Both the position numbers and the translations under genes were made by a program. The notes below the pieces were generated by a model that had not been told where the DNA came from, ran no database searches, and saw only the letters and a list, made by a program, of their open reading frames with translations. Below, one piece after another: positions 15,031 through 22,174 of a DNA stretch of 32,000 nt (within the stretch, counting starts at the first letter, position 1; the number at the start of each line of letters is the position of its first letter). This DNA is from Escherichia coli O157:H7. GTDB taxonomy: Bacteria > Pseudomonadota > Gammaproteobacteria > Enterobacterales > Enterobacteriaceae. The stretch lies in the NCBI RefSeq assembly GCF_041950575.1, contig NZ_CP169546.1, one strand, 5' to 3'.

Positions 15031-15219
15031 GTGTTAAGCACTGATCGGTTTATACGTGAAAAAGAATGCGAAAAACTAACCGGCCTTAGCCGTACGTGTC
15101 GCTACCGCCTGGAAAAGGCCGGACAATTCCCATCACGTCGTAAACTTGGCGGTCGTTCCGTTGGCTGGTCTTTATCCGAGGTTCTGGCCTGGAAGGATAG
15201 CTGCAAGGCAGTTCATTAA
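15031..15219 (+). CDS. AlpA-family DNA-binding regulator (MerR-like excisionase/activator), GTG start
   Basis: MLSTDRFIREKECEKLTGLSRTCRYRLEKAGQFPSRRKLGGRSVGWSLSEVLAWKDS, typical AlpA pattern; SD aaaggggg. Confidence 0.88.
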   Translation: MLSTDRFIREKECEKLTGLSRTCRYRLEKAGQFPSRRKLGGRSVGWSLSEVLAWKDSCKAVH

Positions 15220-15488
15220 TCACGCTGGCGGCACACAGCCGCCACACATCAATCATCTGAACACAGAGCTATAACCATGAAGATTGAATATACGCCAGAA
15301 CGTGGGCGGGGATTCGTTCGCCCTGGTGAGACTGGAAAACCACAAAATTGGGGTTTTTCAGGCATAAAAAAAGCGGCCCCGAAATGGAGCCGCCTTTCTG
15401 AACAGATAACCCGCTGCGCCTTATGTGTATATGATCCCAAACATAAGCACGGGGATGATAGCCGCTATCAGGCTGGTGGGCAATGCTA

Positions 15489-15677
15489 TCAGTCTGGTTC
15501 AGTTCGTTGCCATACCTGCAATGGGCGCGTTTCCCTGTACTCTTTAAGGAATTGCTCAAGGGCAAAAGCACATGGCGCGAATCTTTCTGATTCATGCTCT
15601 ATCTTTCTGCGCCGTCTTTTCCGTGCCGGTGATAATGTTTTGGTCAATTCTTTATCGGTCATTGTGTTGTCCTGCAT
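15489..15677 (-). CDS. Small basic hypothetical protein, second gene of a minus-strand pair with the Arc-like ORF
   Basis: 62-aa ORF MQDNTMTDKELTKTLSPARKRRRRKIEHESERFAPCAFALEQFLKEYRETRPLQVWQRTEPD; 42 nt downstream of the upstream stop. Confidence 0.55.
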   Translation of the reverse strand: MQDNTMTDKELTKTLSPARKRRRRKIEHESERFAPCAFALEQFLKEYRETRPLQVWQRTEPD

Positions 15678-15719
15678 AGCAATGCGCCGTAATACCTCAC
15701 ACCACGGCGCTGATAGTTT

Positions 15720-15893
15720 TTATCCTTTGGGTTCTATGCCGCGTTGCTGTAATTCTTTGCGGAGAACGCGTTTAATCCAAGTGGCTAAAGATGTGTCGCC
15801 ATCGGCCTTAGCAGCTTCTTCTAGCTGCGCTCTGAAGTCTTCCGGTAATCGCATTTGGTATGGAGGCGAACGTTTTTCTAATGGTGTTGACAT
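15720..15893 (-). CDS. Arc-like ribbon-helix-helix DNA-binding protein (57 aa, below the ORF-track cutoff)
   Basis: Reverse-strand translation MSTPLEKRSPPYQMRLPEDFRAQLEEAAKADGDTSLATWIKRVLRKELQQRGIEPKG; the QMRLPEDFRAQLEEAAKADG...WIKRVLRKEL stretch is characteristic of Arc/RHH proteins. Confidence 0.75.
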   Translation of the reverse strand: MSTPLEKRSPPYQMRLPEDFRAQLEEAAKADGDTSLATWIKRVLRKELQQRGIEPKG

Positions 15894-15935
15894 GGTAATT
15901 ACCCTTTATTGCTATACCTACATGGTAATTACCAT
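15892..15935. promoter_or_regulatory. Two palindromic operator candidates at the start codon of the Arc-like gene
   Basis: ATGGTAATTACC at 15892-15903 and perfect 14-bp palindrome ATGGTAATTACCAT at 15922-15935, start-to-start distance 30 bp. Confidence 0.65.
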
Positions 15936-15960
15936 TGTACTTGCCATTACACAAAAATCA

Positions 15961-15994
15961 ACGCCCCGCAGTGCTGGGAACACATACGGGGCGT
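15961..15994 (+). promoter_or_regulatory. Leader hairpin ACGCCCCG...CGGGGCGT upstream of the Icd-like gene
   Basis: 8-bp perfect arms 15961-15968 and 15987-15994, 18-nt loop. Confidence 0.4.
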
Positions 15995-16023
15995 CTAACC
16001 AACAACGTAAACTAGGAGCCGTT

Positions 16024-16221
16024 ATGGTTGCCGTAAATCATATACCACACCTTGTACACACACAAACGGCCTTTGTGTGGCGTTTTCTGGCACTGAGTGC
16101 CGGAGAATCTCAAATCATCCACGTAACCGCCTGGACGGAACGCGAAGCGCGTAACCGTTGCCCGTCCGGTTGTGTTGCTGTATTTGCCGCCCGTATTCGT
16201 CAGGAGGTGCGCCATGATTAA
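16024..16221 (+). CDS. Icd-like (host cell division inhibitor-like) small satellite/phage protein
   Basis: MVAVNHIPHLVHTQTAFVWRFLALSAGESQIIHVTAWTEREARNRCPSGCVAVFAARIRQEVRHD; resembles small Icd-like proteins (FxxRFLALs...i.vtA.tEreAR...P.G.v..FAARI); SD ctaggag. Confidence 0.6.
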   Translation: MVAVNHIPHLVHTQTAFVWRFLALSAGESQIIHVTAWTEREARNRCPSGCVAVFAARIRQEVRHD

Positions 16222-16426
16222 TCTGTCACTTACTGACCTTAACCGCATTCAGTTTCGTGAGAAATTCACAGGGCAGCTACTGGTCAATGTGGATAAAGGT
16301 CGCGTGGTGTGTAATTACCACTTACCAGATGAAGCAATTGTCGCCACAAGGGAATCATTACAGGAAATCACAAAACGTGCCGGAATGATTAACACGAATA
16401 TTCAGGGGATGCTTTATGCACAATAA
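16214..16426 (+). CDS. Hypothetical protein (70 aa)
   Basis: MINLSLTDLNRIQFREKFTGQLLVNVDKGRVVCNYHLPDEAIVATRESLQEITKRAG...; SD aggaggtg; overlaps neighbouring genes. Confidence 0.7.
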   Translation: MINLSLTDLNRIQFREKFTGQLLVNVDKGRVVCNYHLPDEAIVATRESLQEITKRAGMINTNIQGMLYAQ

Positions 16427-16880
16427 AACCACACCGGACGCAGCCGCCGAAGCCATCAAAACGCTGATGCACGCGCTGATTGATATTTCTGTTATCGCGG
16501 ACAGGGCACATAAGCACGCCACCAGCGAAACAGAATATGCCGGTGCTTTCGTTCCTCACTCACTGGCTGTCATGCAATTTAGTGCTGATACGGCGCTGAA
16601 TGAGGCCAAAGCTATCCTGATTGCTGATTGTGAAAATGGGGGGGTTATGCGTGATGATCGTTTTAATTCCCTGAAACAGGAATTTTCCGGCGTTCCTGAT
16701 GATGCGGCTGATGCGCTTTCGTCAATGCCAGAACTTATTAGAGCGGCTTTTTTCTTACTTTCCACGAGAGAATATAAATCAACGGGGCTTGATGTACTGA
16801 ATATCGCCGCCGATTATGCGGAATATGTGGCAGAGGCGCGTTATAGAAGAAAATTTCCTGAGGATGTAAGCCATGCGTGA
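16416..16880 (+). CDS. Hypothetical protein (154 aa)
   Basis: Open frame in a tightly overlapping cluster. Confidence 0.7.
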   Translation: MHNKTTPDAAAEAIKTLMHALIDISVIADRAHKHATSETEYAGAFVPHSLAVMQFSADTALNEAKAILIADCENGGVMRDDRFNSLKQEFSGVPDDAADALSSMPELIRAAFFLLSTREYKSTGLDVLNIAADYAEYVAEARYRRKFPEDVSHA

Positions 16881-17106
16881 TATTTACCACCAAACAATAG
16901 ACCGCGCATTTCTTGCACTTTCTCACAGTGAAAACATGATGGAAATATTGCGCATATGGCTTGAAACACTTGGCGACAATGAACGCGACAAACAAAAATC
17001 AAGAATTGCCACGGCATTAATAACGCTTCTTGAGCCTGTAATAATGGAACTGCAAGAAATAGATCTATTGCACGACAGATATAAAGAACAGCACACCGGA
17101 GAATAA
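16873..17106 (+). CDS. Hypothetical protein (77 aa)
   Basis: MRDIYHQTIDRAFLALSHSENMMEILRIWLETLGDNERDKQ...; overlaps the preceding stop. Confidence 0.65.
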   Translation: MRDIYHQTIDRAFLALSHSENMMEILRIWLETLGDNERDKQKSRIATALITLLEPVIMELQEIDLLHDRYKEQHTGE

Positions 17107-17111
17107 AAATA

Positions 17112-17411
17112 ATGAAACTTAAATATTCTGGCTTAACTGCCAGTGGCAACACTCACCCTAAATTTACGCGCGGTGATATTTACCGCGACCAGTACGGCGG
17201 CACGGTAATGATTAAGGGCGTGGAAGAACGGCGCGTAACCTACCGCCGTGAAGGTTACGAATATGATTGCGTGATGCCTGTTTATCAGTTCCGGCGTGAT
17301 TTTTCTCTGGTACAGACCGCGCCGCATAACGTGCCCACCAGCAACGCCAGGGCACGGGCAAACATCCAGAAGCTGAAAACCATGGTTAACGGATTCAGGG
17401 GCAAGAAATGA
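17112..17411 (+). CDS. DUF4222-like small phage protein
   Basis: KFTRGDIYRDQYGGTVMIKGVEERRVTYRREGYEYDCVMPVYQFRRDF matches my recollection of the DUF4222 family. Confidence 0.7.
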   Translation: MKLKYSGLTASGNTHPKFTRGDIYRDQYGGTVMIKGVEERRVTYRREGYEYDCVMPVYQFRRDFSLVQTAPHNVPTSNARARANIQKLKTMVNGFRGKK

Positions 17412-18808
17412 AAAGCGCACCGAACTTAAAAAAACAGCCTTACGACAAGATGACCGAAGTCATTATTTTTGCGGGTAGTGATGCCTGGGCACATGCGAAA
17501 CAGTGGCAGGAACAGGACGGGCGACTGGCTGGCGATAATGTGCCTCCCGTTGTGCTGGCTGATGATCAACTGGATGAACTGGCAGAACTGAGAATCATCG
17601 ACGAGGGGCGCTATTGTGTCCGGCTGTACAAGGCAGGCCACATCAGGCCATCAAATATTAATGCCATTGCGCACAAGCTGGCGGCGGCGGGTGTAACTGA
17701 TGCGAATTATTACCCCGAAGGGATGCACAGCCATATGCGGGAGAACTGGCGCGAATACCTGGAACGGGTGCGCGGGAAAGAGCCGGCGGAAGAAAAAAAC
17801 CACCAGCGAAAAACCACGCTACCGATGAGCGTTGGATCTACCGGATACGACACGCAACTGGATTACGTGGTTAAGGGGATTATTCCGGCGGTATCGCTAT
17901 GCAGCATATACGGGGCTAGCGGGTCCTATAAATCATTCCTTGCCGGATCGTGGGCGTGCCATGTTGCCACTGGTCGCCAGTGGGGAGGCCGCAGGGTTGC
18001 ACATGGTGCGGTTCTCTATGTGGTTGGTGAAGGCGGTATAGGTGTTCCGCGTCGTGTAAAAGCCTGGGAGGTTGTGCACGATGAGCAGGTGAAAAATCTG
18101 TATCTGGTAAACCGCCCCATCTTTCCGGCTGCCCCGCTTGATGTTGATGAAATGGTTATCGCTGCCCGTCAGGTGGAGCGGGAAACGGGTAAACCTGTAC
18201 GCATGATTATTCTGGATACGCTGGCGCGTTGCTTTGGTGGGAATGATGAAAATGATTCCCGTGATATGGGGGCGTTTATCCGTGGTTGTGACGAACTGAA
18301 ACGACGCACAGGGGCCACGGTGCTGGTGGTTCACCATTCCGGCAAGGATGAGACGAAAGGCGCGCGCGGTTCCAGTGCATTTCGTGCTTCGCTGGATGCT
18401 GAATACCGGATACGCAGGGAGGACGCAGGAAGCGAAGCGCTGGTTATCTCATGCACCAAAATGAAGGACGCGGAGGAACTCAAAGAAGCCGCATATGACT
18501 TACGCGTGGTGGAGCTTTTTACCGACGCTGACGGTGAATTAATCACGTTGCTGGTGGTGGTGGATGATCCGCGCCCTCCTGTTGAACTGGAGCGCATCGA
18601 GGAGGCAGGGAACAAGACGGAAAACCATACCGCGCTATGGGGGTGCATCCGTTCACGCACACAGAACGGCGACAAGTGCACGATCCCGCTGTTACGTGAT
18701 GACATGAAAAAGCTGGGGTATGAAATGAAAAACTTCCGGCGCTGGCTGTACAAGCTGGAAAAAGATGGGGTTATTCGTATCGATGGGGATGATGTAGCGC
18801 CGCTATAA
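17408..18808 (+). CDS. RecA-like/AAA_25-type ATPase, putative satellite replication protein (RepA-like helicase)
   Basis: Walker A CSIYGASGSYKSFLAG, Walker-B-like RMIILDTLARCFGG, VLVVHHSGKDETKGARGSSAFRASLDAEYRI. Confidence 0.85.
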   Translation: MKSAPNLKKQPYDKMTEVIIFAGSDAWAHAKQWQEQDGRLAGDNVPPVVLADDQLDELAELRIIDEGRYCVRLYKAGHIRPSNINAIAHKLAAAGVTDANYYPEGMHSHMRENWREYLERVRGKEPAEEKNHQRKTTLPMSVGSTGYDTQLDYVVKGIIPAVSLCSIYGASGSYKSFLAGSWACHVATGRQWGGRRVAHGAVLYVVGEGGIGVPRRVKAWEVVHDEQVKNLYLVNRPIFPAAPLDVDEMVIAARQVERETGKPVRMIILDTLARCFGGNDENDSRDMGAFIRGCDELKRRTGATVLVVHHSGKDETKGARGSSAFRASLDAEYRIRREDAGSEALVISCTKMKDAEELKEAAYDLRVVELFTDADGELITLLVVVDDPRPPVELERIEEAGNKTENHTALWGCIRSRTQNGDKCTIPLLRDDMKKLGYEMKNFRRWLYKLEKDGVIRIDGDDVAPL

Positions 18809-18997
18809 AAGTGAGGAGCAAAAGCGAGGGGGATAGAAAGAGGGCCAAAATTAGCCCGCTCTCCCTCACTTTTCGACCTGTATACATCCTCAAAAGTGAG
18901 GGGTAAAAAAATACTTATGAAACACACACATAGAAAAACCGAAAATCCCAACTGCGACGAAGTGAGACGCTTGAAAAAGTGAGGCGAAAAAGTGAGA
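18807..18997. repeat. Iteron-like repeat cluster (AAAAGTGAGG), candidate replication origin
   Basis: AAAAGTGAGG at 18807-18816, 18892-18901, 18975-18984; inverted copy 18864-18873; variants at 18820-18829 (AAAAGCGAGG), 18960-18967 (AAGTGAGA) and 18988-18997 (AAAAGTGAGA). Confidence 0.6.
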
Positions 18998-19008
18998 GGT
19001 TGCGAGAA

Positions 19009-19260
19009 ATGACCCAAAAACGCAGAGACAGAACAGAGCCAAAATATAAAGCGTTAGACATGACTGAGCACACCTTAAAGGTGGCAATCAGAACGATAGA
19101 CCGCCACACGCGGGAAGGATACGCGAAGGAACATCCCGACCTGATAAGCGCATTCATGACCACGGCGGCGGCAAACTTTGCCACGCTGACAGAACGGGAG
19201 ATTGCCGAAGCGGAACAGGTAACAACCATCAACGTTAAAACCGGAGAGGTGGAATTATGA
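19009..19260 (+). CDS. Hypothetical protein (83 aa)
   Basis: MTQKRRDRTEPKYKALDMTEHTLKVAIRTIDRHTREGYAKEHPDLISAFM...; SD at 19002-19006 gcgag is weak; overlaps ssb start. Confidence 0.65.
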   Translation: MTQKRRDRTEPKYKALDMTEHTLKVAIRTIDRHTREGYAKEHPDLISAFMTTAAANFATLTEREIAEAEQVTTINVKTGEVEL

Positions 19261-19667
19261 CGGCACAGATAGCCGCTTACGGGCGGCTGGTGGACGACCC
19301 GCAGGTAAAACAGACCAGCAAGGGCACACCGATGACGCTGGCGCGTATGGCGGTATCTTTGCCATGCAGCCAGGCACAGGACGGACAGGCGACGTTATGG
19401 TTATCGGTCATCGCATTTGGCAAACAGGCCGGCTTCCTGGCTAAACATCAAAAAGGCGATGTTGCCAGCGTATCCGGCACGATGCAGGTAAGCCAGTGGA
19501 CCGGACAGAACGGAGAAACGCGGCAGGGCTGGCAGGTTATCGCAGACAGCGTAATCAGTGCCCGCGCGGCACGTCCAGGCGGGAACAGACGCAAAACCAC
19601 AGGCACACAGGGTAATCAGCCACCAGCGGGAGGCGATGACCCTTACGGTGATGATATTTCGTTCTGA
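19257..19667 (+). CDS. Single-stranded DNA-binding protein (satellite-encoded)
   Basis: 136 aa, OB-fold-like MTAQIAAYGRLVDDPQVKQTSKGTPMTLARMAVSL..., acidic tip GGDDPYGDDISF as in SSB proteins. Confidence 0.85.
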   Translation: MTAQIAAYGRLVDDPQVKQTSKGTPMTLARMAVSLPCSQAQDGQATLWLSVIAFGKQAGFLAKHQKGDVASVSGTMQVSQWTGQNGETRQGWQVIADSVISARAARPGGNRRKTTGTQGNQPPAGGDDPYGDDISF

Positions 19668-19677
19668 GGGGGTGACG

Positions 19678-19950
19678 ATGGTACATGACCGCATAGCGGA
19701 GGAACTGGAGGCGAAAGGCTTTTACCGGAGGGCGGCGGCGCGATGGGGTGAAGTCATGCAGCTGGTGGAGACAGACAAGGAACGGCATCACATCACGATG
19801 CGACGGCTGGAATGTTCAAGGAAGGCACAGAGGGCACCGGAGCCGCCGGATAATTTCGGAGACCTGAAAAAGGCAGTCGATCGCACTTATGCCGAAATGG
19901 GTATAGATGGTGCTGGTGATGAAATATGGCGCAATTACCAGGACAGCTAA
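19678..19950 (+). CDS. PerC-family transcriptional regulator-like protein
   Basis: MVHDRIAEELEAKGFYRRAAARWGEVMQLVETDKERHHITMRRLECSRKA matches the PerC-type pattern (A..LE.kGfyRRAAaRW..vm). Confidence 0.8.
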   Translation: MVHDRIAEELEAKGFYRRAAARWGEVMQLVETDKERHHITMRRLECSRKAQRAPEPPDNFGDLKKAVDRTYAEMGIDGAGDEIWRNYQDS

Positions 19951-19956
19951 TCAAAC

Positions 19957-19980
19957 AGCCGGAGAAATCCGGCTTTTTTT
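19957..19980 (+). terminator. Rho-independent terminator
   Basis: GCCGGA-gaaa-TCCGGC followed by T7. Confidence 0.85.
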
Positions 19981-20082
19981 GCACCAGTTGAAACGGTATG
20001 GCGCATTACCGGGTTTTCGTCACGGTCAGGCATAGTTACTATCTGAAACAAACAGACACAACAGAGGAAAAAAACAATGCCG

Positions 20083-20301
20083 ATGAAATTTGATGAGATA
20101 TTAAAACAGCGTGATAAATACCATGCTGACAACATGGAGACGATGAGCATCAATGATTACCGCGCATTCCTGGAGACGGGCGCACTGATTGAAAAGGATC
20201 AGCATGGTTTTGTGAGATGTGCTCTATCCGGTGAAATGCTGGCGGTAAATCCTGAACAGATAGATGCATTGATAGAATTTCTGAAAGAGATCAGAGACTG
20301 A
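20083..20301 (+). CDS. Hypothetical protein (72 aa; the track start 20077 adds MP)
   Basis: MKFDEILKQRDKYHADNMETMSINDYRAFLETGALIEKDQHGFVRC...; upstream purine-rich SD. Confidence 0.6.
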   Translation: MKFDEILKQRDKYHADNMETMSINDYRAFLETGALIEKDQHGFVRCALSGEMLAVNPEQIDALIEFLKEIRD

Positions 20302-20320
20302 GCCAGCACACAGCACACAT

Positions 20321-20343
20321 AGCCGGAGCAATCCGGCTTTTTT
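20321..20343 (+). terminator. Rho-independent terminator
   Basis: GCCGGA-gcaa-TCCGGC followed by T6. Confidence 0.8.
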
Positions 20344-20355
20344 GCGCCCAAAAAA

Positions 20356-20391
20356 AGCCCGATAAGGTCAGAGGGTTCTTATCGGGCTTTT
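20356..20391. terminator. Second stem-loop terminator in tandem
   Basis: AGCCCGATAA (20356-20365) / TTATCGGGCT (20379-20388) then T-rich. Confidence 0.8.
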
Positions 20392-20467
20392 GCATATGAG
20401 GTTTTTGGATGCACTGGCGTTCGTGATCGGGATAATCATTTCATAATTTGCAACATAACTCAATTTC

Positions 20468-20499
20468 ATTGCATAAAATGCAATTCTGATTATAATCAG
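20468..20499 (+). promoter_or_regulatory. Promoter of the capsid gene cluster with -35 and -10 each embedded in an inverted repeat
   Basis: TTGCAT (20469-20474)-16 bp-TATAAT (20491-20496); ATTGCAT-aaa-ATGCAAT 20468-20484; perfect palindrome CTGATTATAATCAG 20486-20499. Confidence 0.65.
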
Positions 20500-20552
20500 G
20501 ACTGGATAAACATCCAGTTATGATTTTTTTAGTCGAAGAGGAATTTCTTACT

Positions 20553-20759
20553 ATGGCTGAAGAGAAAAAAAGCGGTGTTTCGGTGTACATAAGCCCCGAA
20601 ATCGTGGAGGTGCTCAAGCAGCGCCACAAAAAAAACTATGAAGCTGGCGTTGCGGCTGGACTGGATCCGCTGATGACGCCGGAGCCGTCGATAGGTTCAC
20701 TTGTACGCTCTTATTTACTTGCGGCGCTTGGGATGCATAAAAATTATGGGGGTGAATAA
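20553..20759 (+). CDS. Small protein (68 aa), possible DNA-binding protein, first gene of the capsid operon
   Basis: MAEEKKSGVSVYISPEIVEVLKQRHKKNYEAGVAAGLDP...; SD gaggaat; stop overlaps the capsid ATG (TAATG). Confidence 0.6.
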   Translation: MAEEKKSGVSVYISPEIVEVLKQRHKKNYEAGVAAGLDPLMTPEPSIGSLVRSYLLAALGMHKNYGGE

Positions 20760-21814
20760 TGGCAGGCAAAGCAACGGCACTTAACACTAACCAGCTTTTC
20801 ATGTACCTGAATCGCGGGGATATTGCGGATTTTAAATTCAGCCCTCTGTTTACCACGCTGTTTTTCCCGAACGTGGCGACATTCAGCACGCAAAACATCA
20901 TGCTGGATACCCTGGACATTGAAGAAGTCACCATGTCGGCGTTTTGTTCGCCTATGGTGGGTAGCCAGGTTCAGCGCGATAAAGGGTACGAAACCAGCAC
21001 AATCAAACCTGGCTACATGAAGCCAAAGCACGAAATCGATCCAACGAAAACCATCATGCGCATGGCTGGAGAAGATCCGGCACAGCTTAACGACCCTACC
21101 TATCGCCGTATGCGCCTGATTACTGGCAACATGCGCCGCCAGATAAACGCCATTAAGGCACGCGTGGAATGGCTGGCGGTGAATGCGGTAACGACCGGAA
21201 AAAACATCATTGAGGGCGAAGGCATAGAACGCTATGAAATCGACTGGAAAATACCGGAAAACTGCATCATAGAGCAGGCCAAGGGTAAAAAATGGTCCGA
21301 GCAGGATAAAGACATGCACGACCCAATCTATGACATCGAGCTTTATGCTGATCAGGCTGGTTGCCCCGCAAACGTCATGATTATGGGCGCTGAGGTATGG
21401 CGCACATTACGCAGCTTTAAAAAATTCCGTGAGCTGTACGATCTTTCCCGTGGTTCAGAATCCGCCGCCGAACTGGCCTGTAAAAACCTGGGCGAAGTGG
21501 TGAGCTTTAAAGGCTATCTTGGTGATCTGGCCCTTATCGTCTATTCCGGCAAATACACTGACAGCGATGGTACCGAAAAATATTTCCTTGAGCCTGATTT
21601 GCTGGTCCTGGGTAACACCAACAATAAAGGGCTGGTGGCCTATGGTGCGATAATGGATCAGGAAGCGGTAAGAACGGGCGCAACACAAAACATGTTTTAC
21701 CCGAAAAACTGGATTGAGGACGGCGATCCGGCGATTGAGTACGTGCAGACACACAGTGCACCGCAGCCGGTACCGGCAGATATTCGCAAATTTGTTACCG
21801 TCAAAATTGGTTAA
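20759..21814 (+). CDS. Lambda gpE-like major capsid protein
   Basis: Colinear resemblance to lambda gpE: FSPLFTTLFF, PGYMKPKHEIDPTKTIMRMAGEDPAQLNDPTYRRMRLI, YDIELYA, SESAAELACKNLGEVVSFKGYLGDLALIVYSG, LVLGNTNNKGLVAYGAIMDQEA, YPKNWIEDGDPAIEY. Confidence 0.92.
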   Translation: MAGKATALNTNQLFMYLNRGDIADFKFSPLFTTLFFPNVATFSTQNIMLDTLDIEEVTMSAFCSPMVGSQVQRDKGYETSTIKPGYMKPKHEIDPTKTIMRMAGEDPAQLNDPTYRRMRLITGNMRRQINAIKARVEWLAVNAVTTGKNIIEGEGIERYEIDWKIPENCIIEQAKGKKWSEQDKDMHDPIYDIELYADQAGCPANVMIMGAEVWRTLRSFKKFRELYDLSRGSESAAELACKNLGEVVSFKGYLGDLALIVYSGKYTDSDGTEKYFLEPDLLVLGNTNNKGLVAYGAIMDQEAVRTGATQNMFYPKNWIEDGDPAIEYVQTHSAPQPVPADIRKFVTVKIG

Positions 21815-21826
21815 CGGGGGGATTCT

Positions 21827-22162
21827 ATGGACACTCCATACATTGAGTTATTTGCAGGCAGTCAGCAGGTATCCACGACGTTGGTACATTTTGCCGCTGA
21901 TGCTGGCGTTATTCAGGAATTTACCCCGCTGATGCTGGCAGACAATGGCGAGTTTAAGCCGTGGGATGGTCAGGAATCTGGCAAGGCTGTTTATCTGACC
22001 TCGTACCCTGTGGACACGTCAAAGCAGAAATCAGCACAGTGTTACAAGACGGGGATATTCAATATTGCCGCCGTTAACTGGCCTGAGAGCGTCGACACCG
22101 ATGCGAAAAAATGCGCCGCCTTTGCGGGTTCCGGCGTATCCGTTCAGCCGCTGGCCCGATAA
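21827..22162 (+). CDS. Lambda gpD-like head decoration/stabilisation protein
   Basis: FTPLMLADNGEFKPWDGQESGKAVYL...YKTGIFNIAAVNWPESVDTDAKKCAAFAGSGVSV aligns with the gpD pattern TPLMLD...WDG...FYKSGTFRYEDVLWPE...KKRTAFAGTAISI. Confidence 0.88.
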   Translation: MDTPYIELFAGSQQVSTTLVHFAADAGVIQEFTPLMLADNGEFKPWDGQESGKAVYLTSYPVDTSKQKSAQCYKTGIFNIAAVNWPESVDTDAKKCAAFAGSGVSVQPLAR

Positions 22163-22174
22163 GCAGGGGGAACG

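Noticed and set aside
15269-15595. 108-aa minus-strand ORF
   Set aside because: Overlaps the 62-aa minus ORF in another frame and contains no recognisable motif; weak.
16841-17152. 103-aa minus-strand ORF
   Set aside because: Antisense to two better-supported plus-strand ORFs with SD context.
18331-19017. 228-aa minus-strand ORF MGHFSQPLTFSPHFFKR...
   Set aside because: Antisense to the ATPase gene and the iteron region; low-complexity composition from the iterons.
20744-21319. 191-aa minus-strand ORF
   Set aside because: Antisense to the well-supported capsid gene; shadow ORF.
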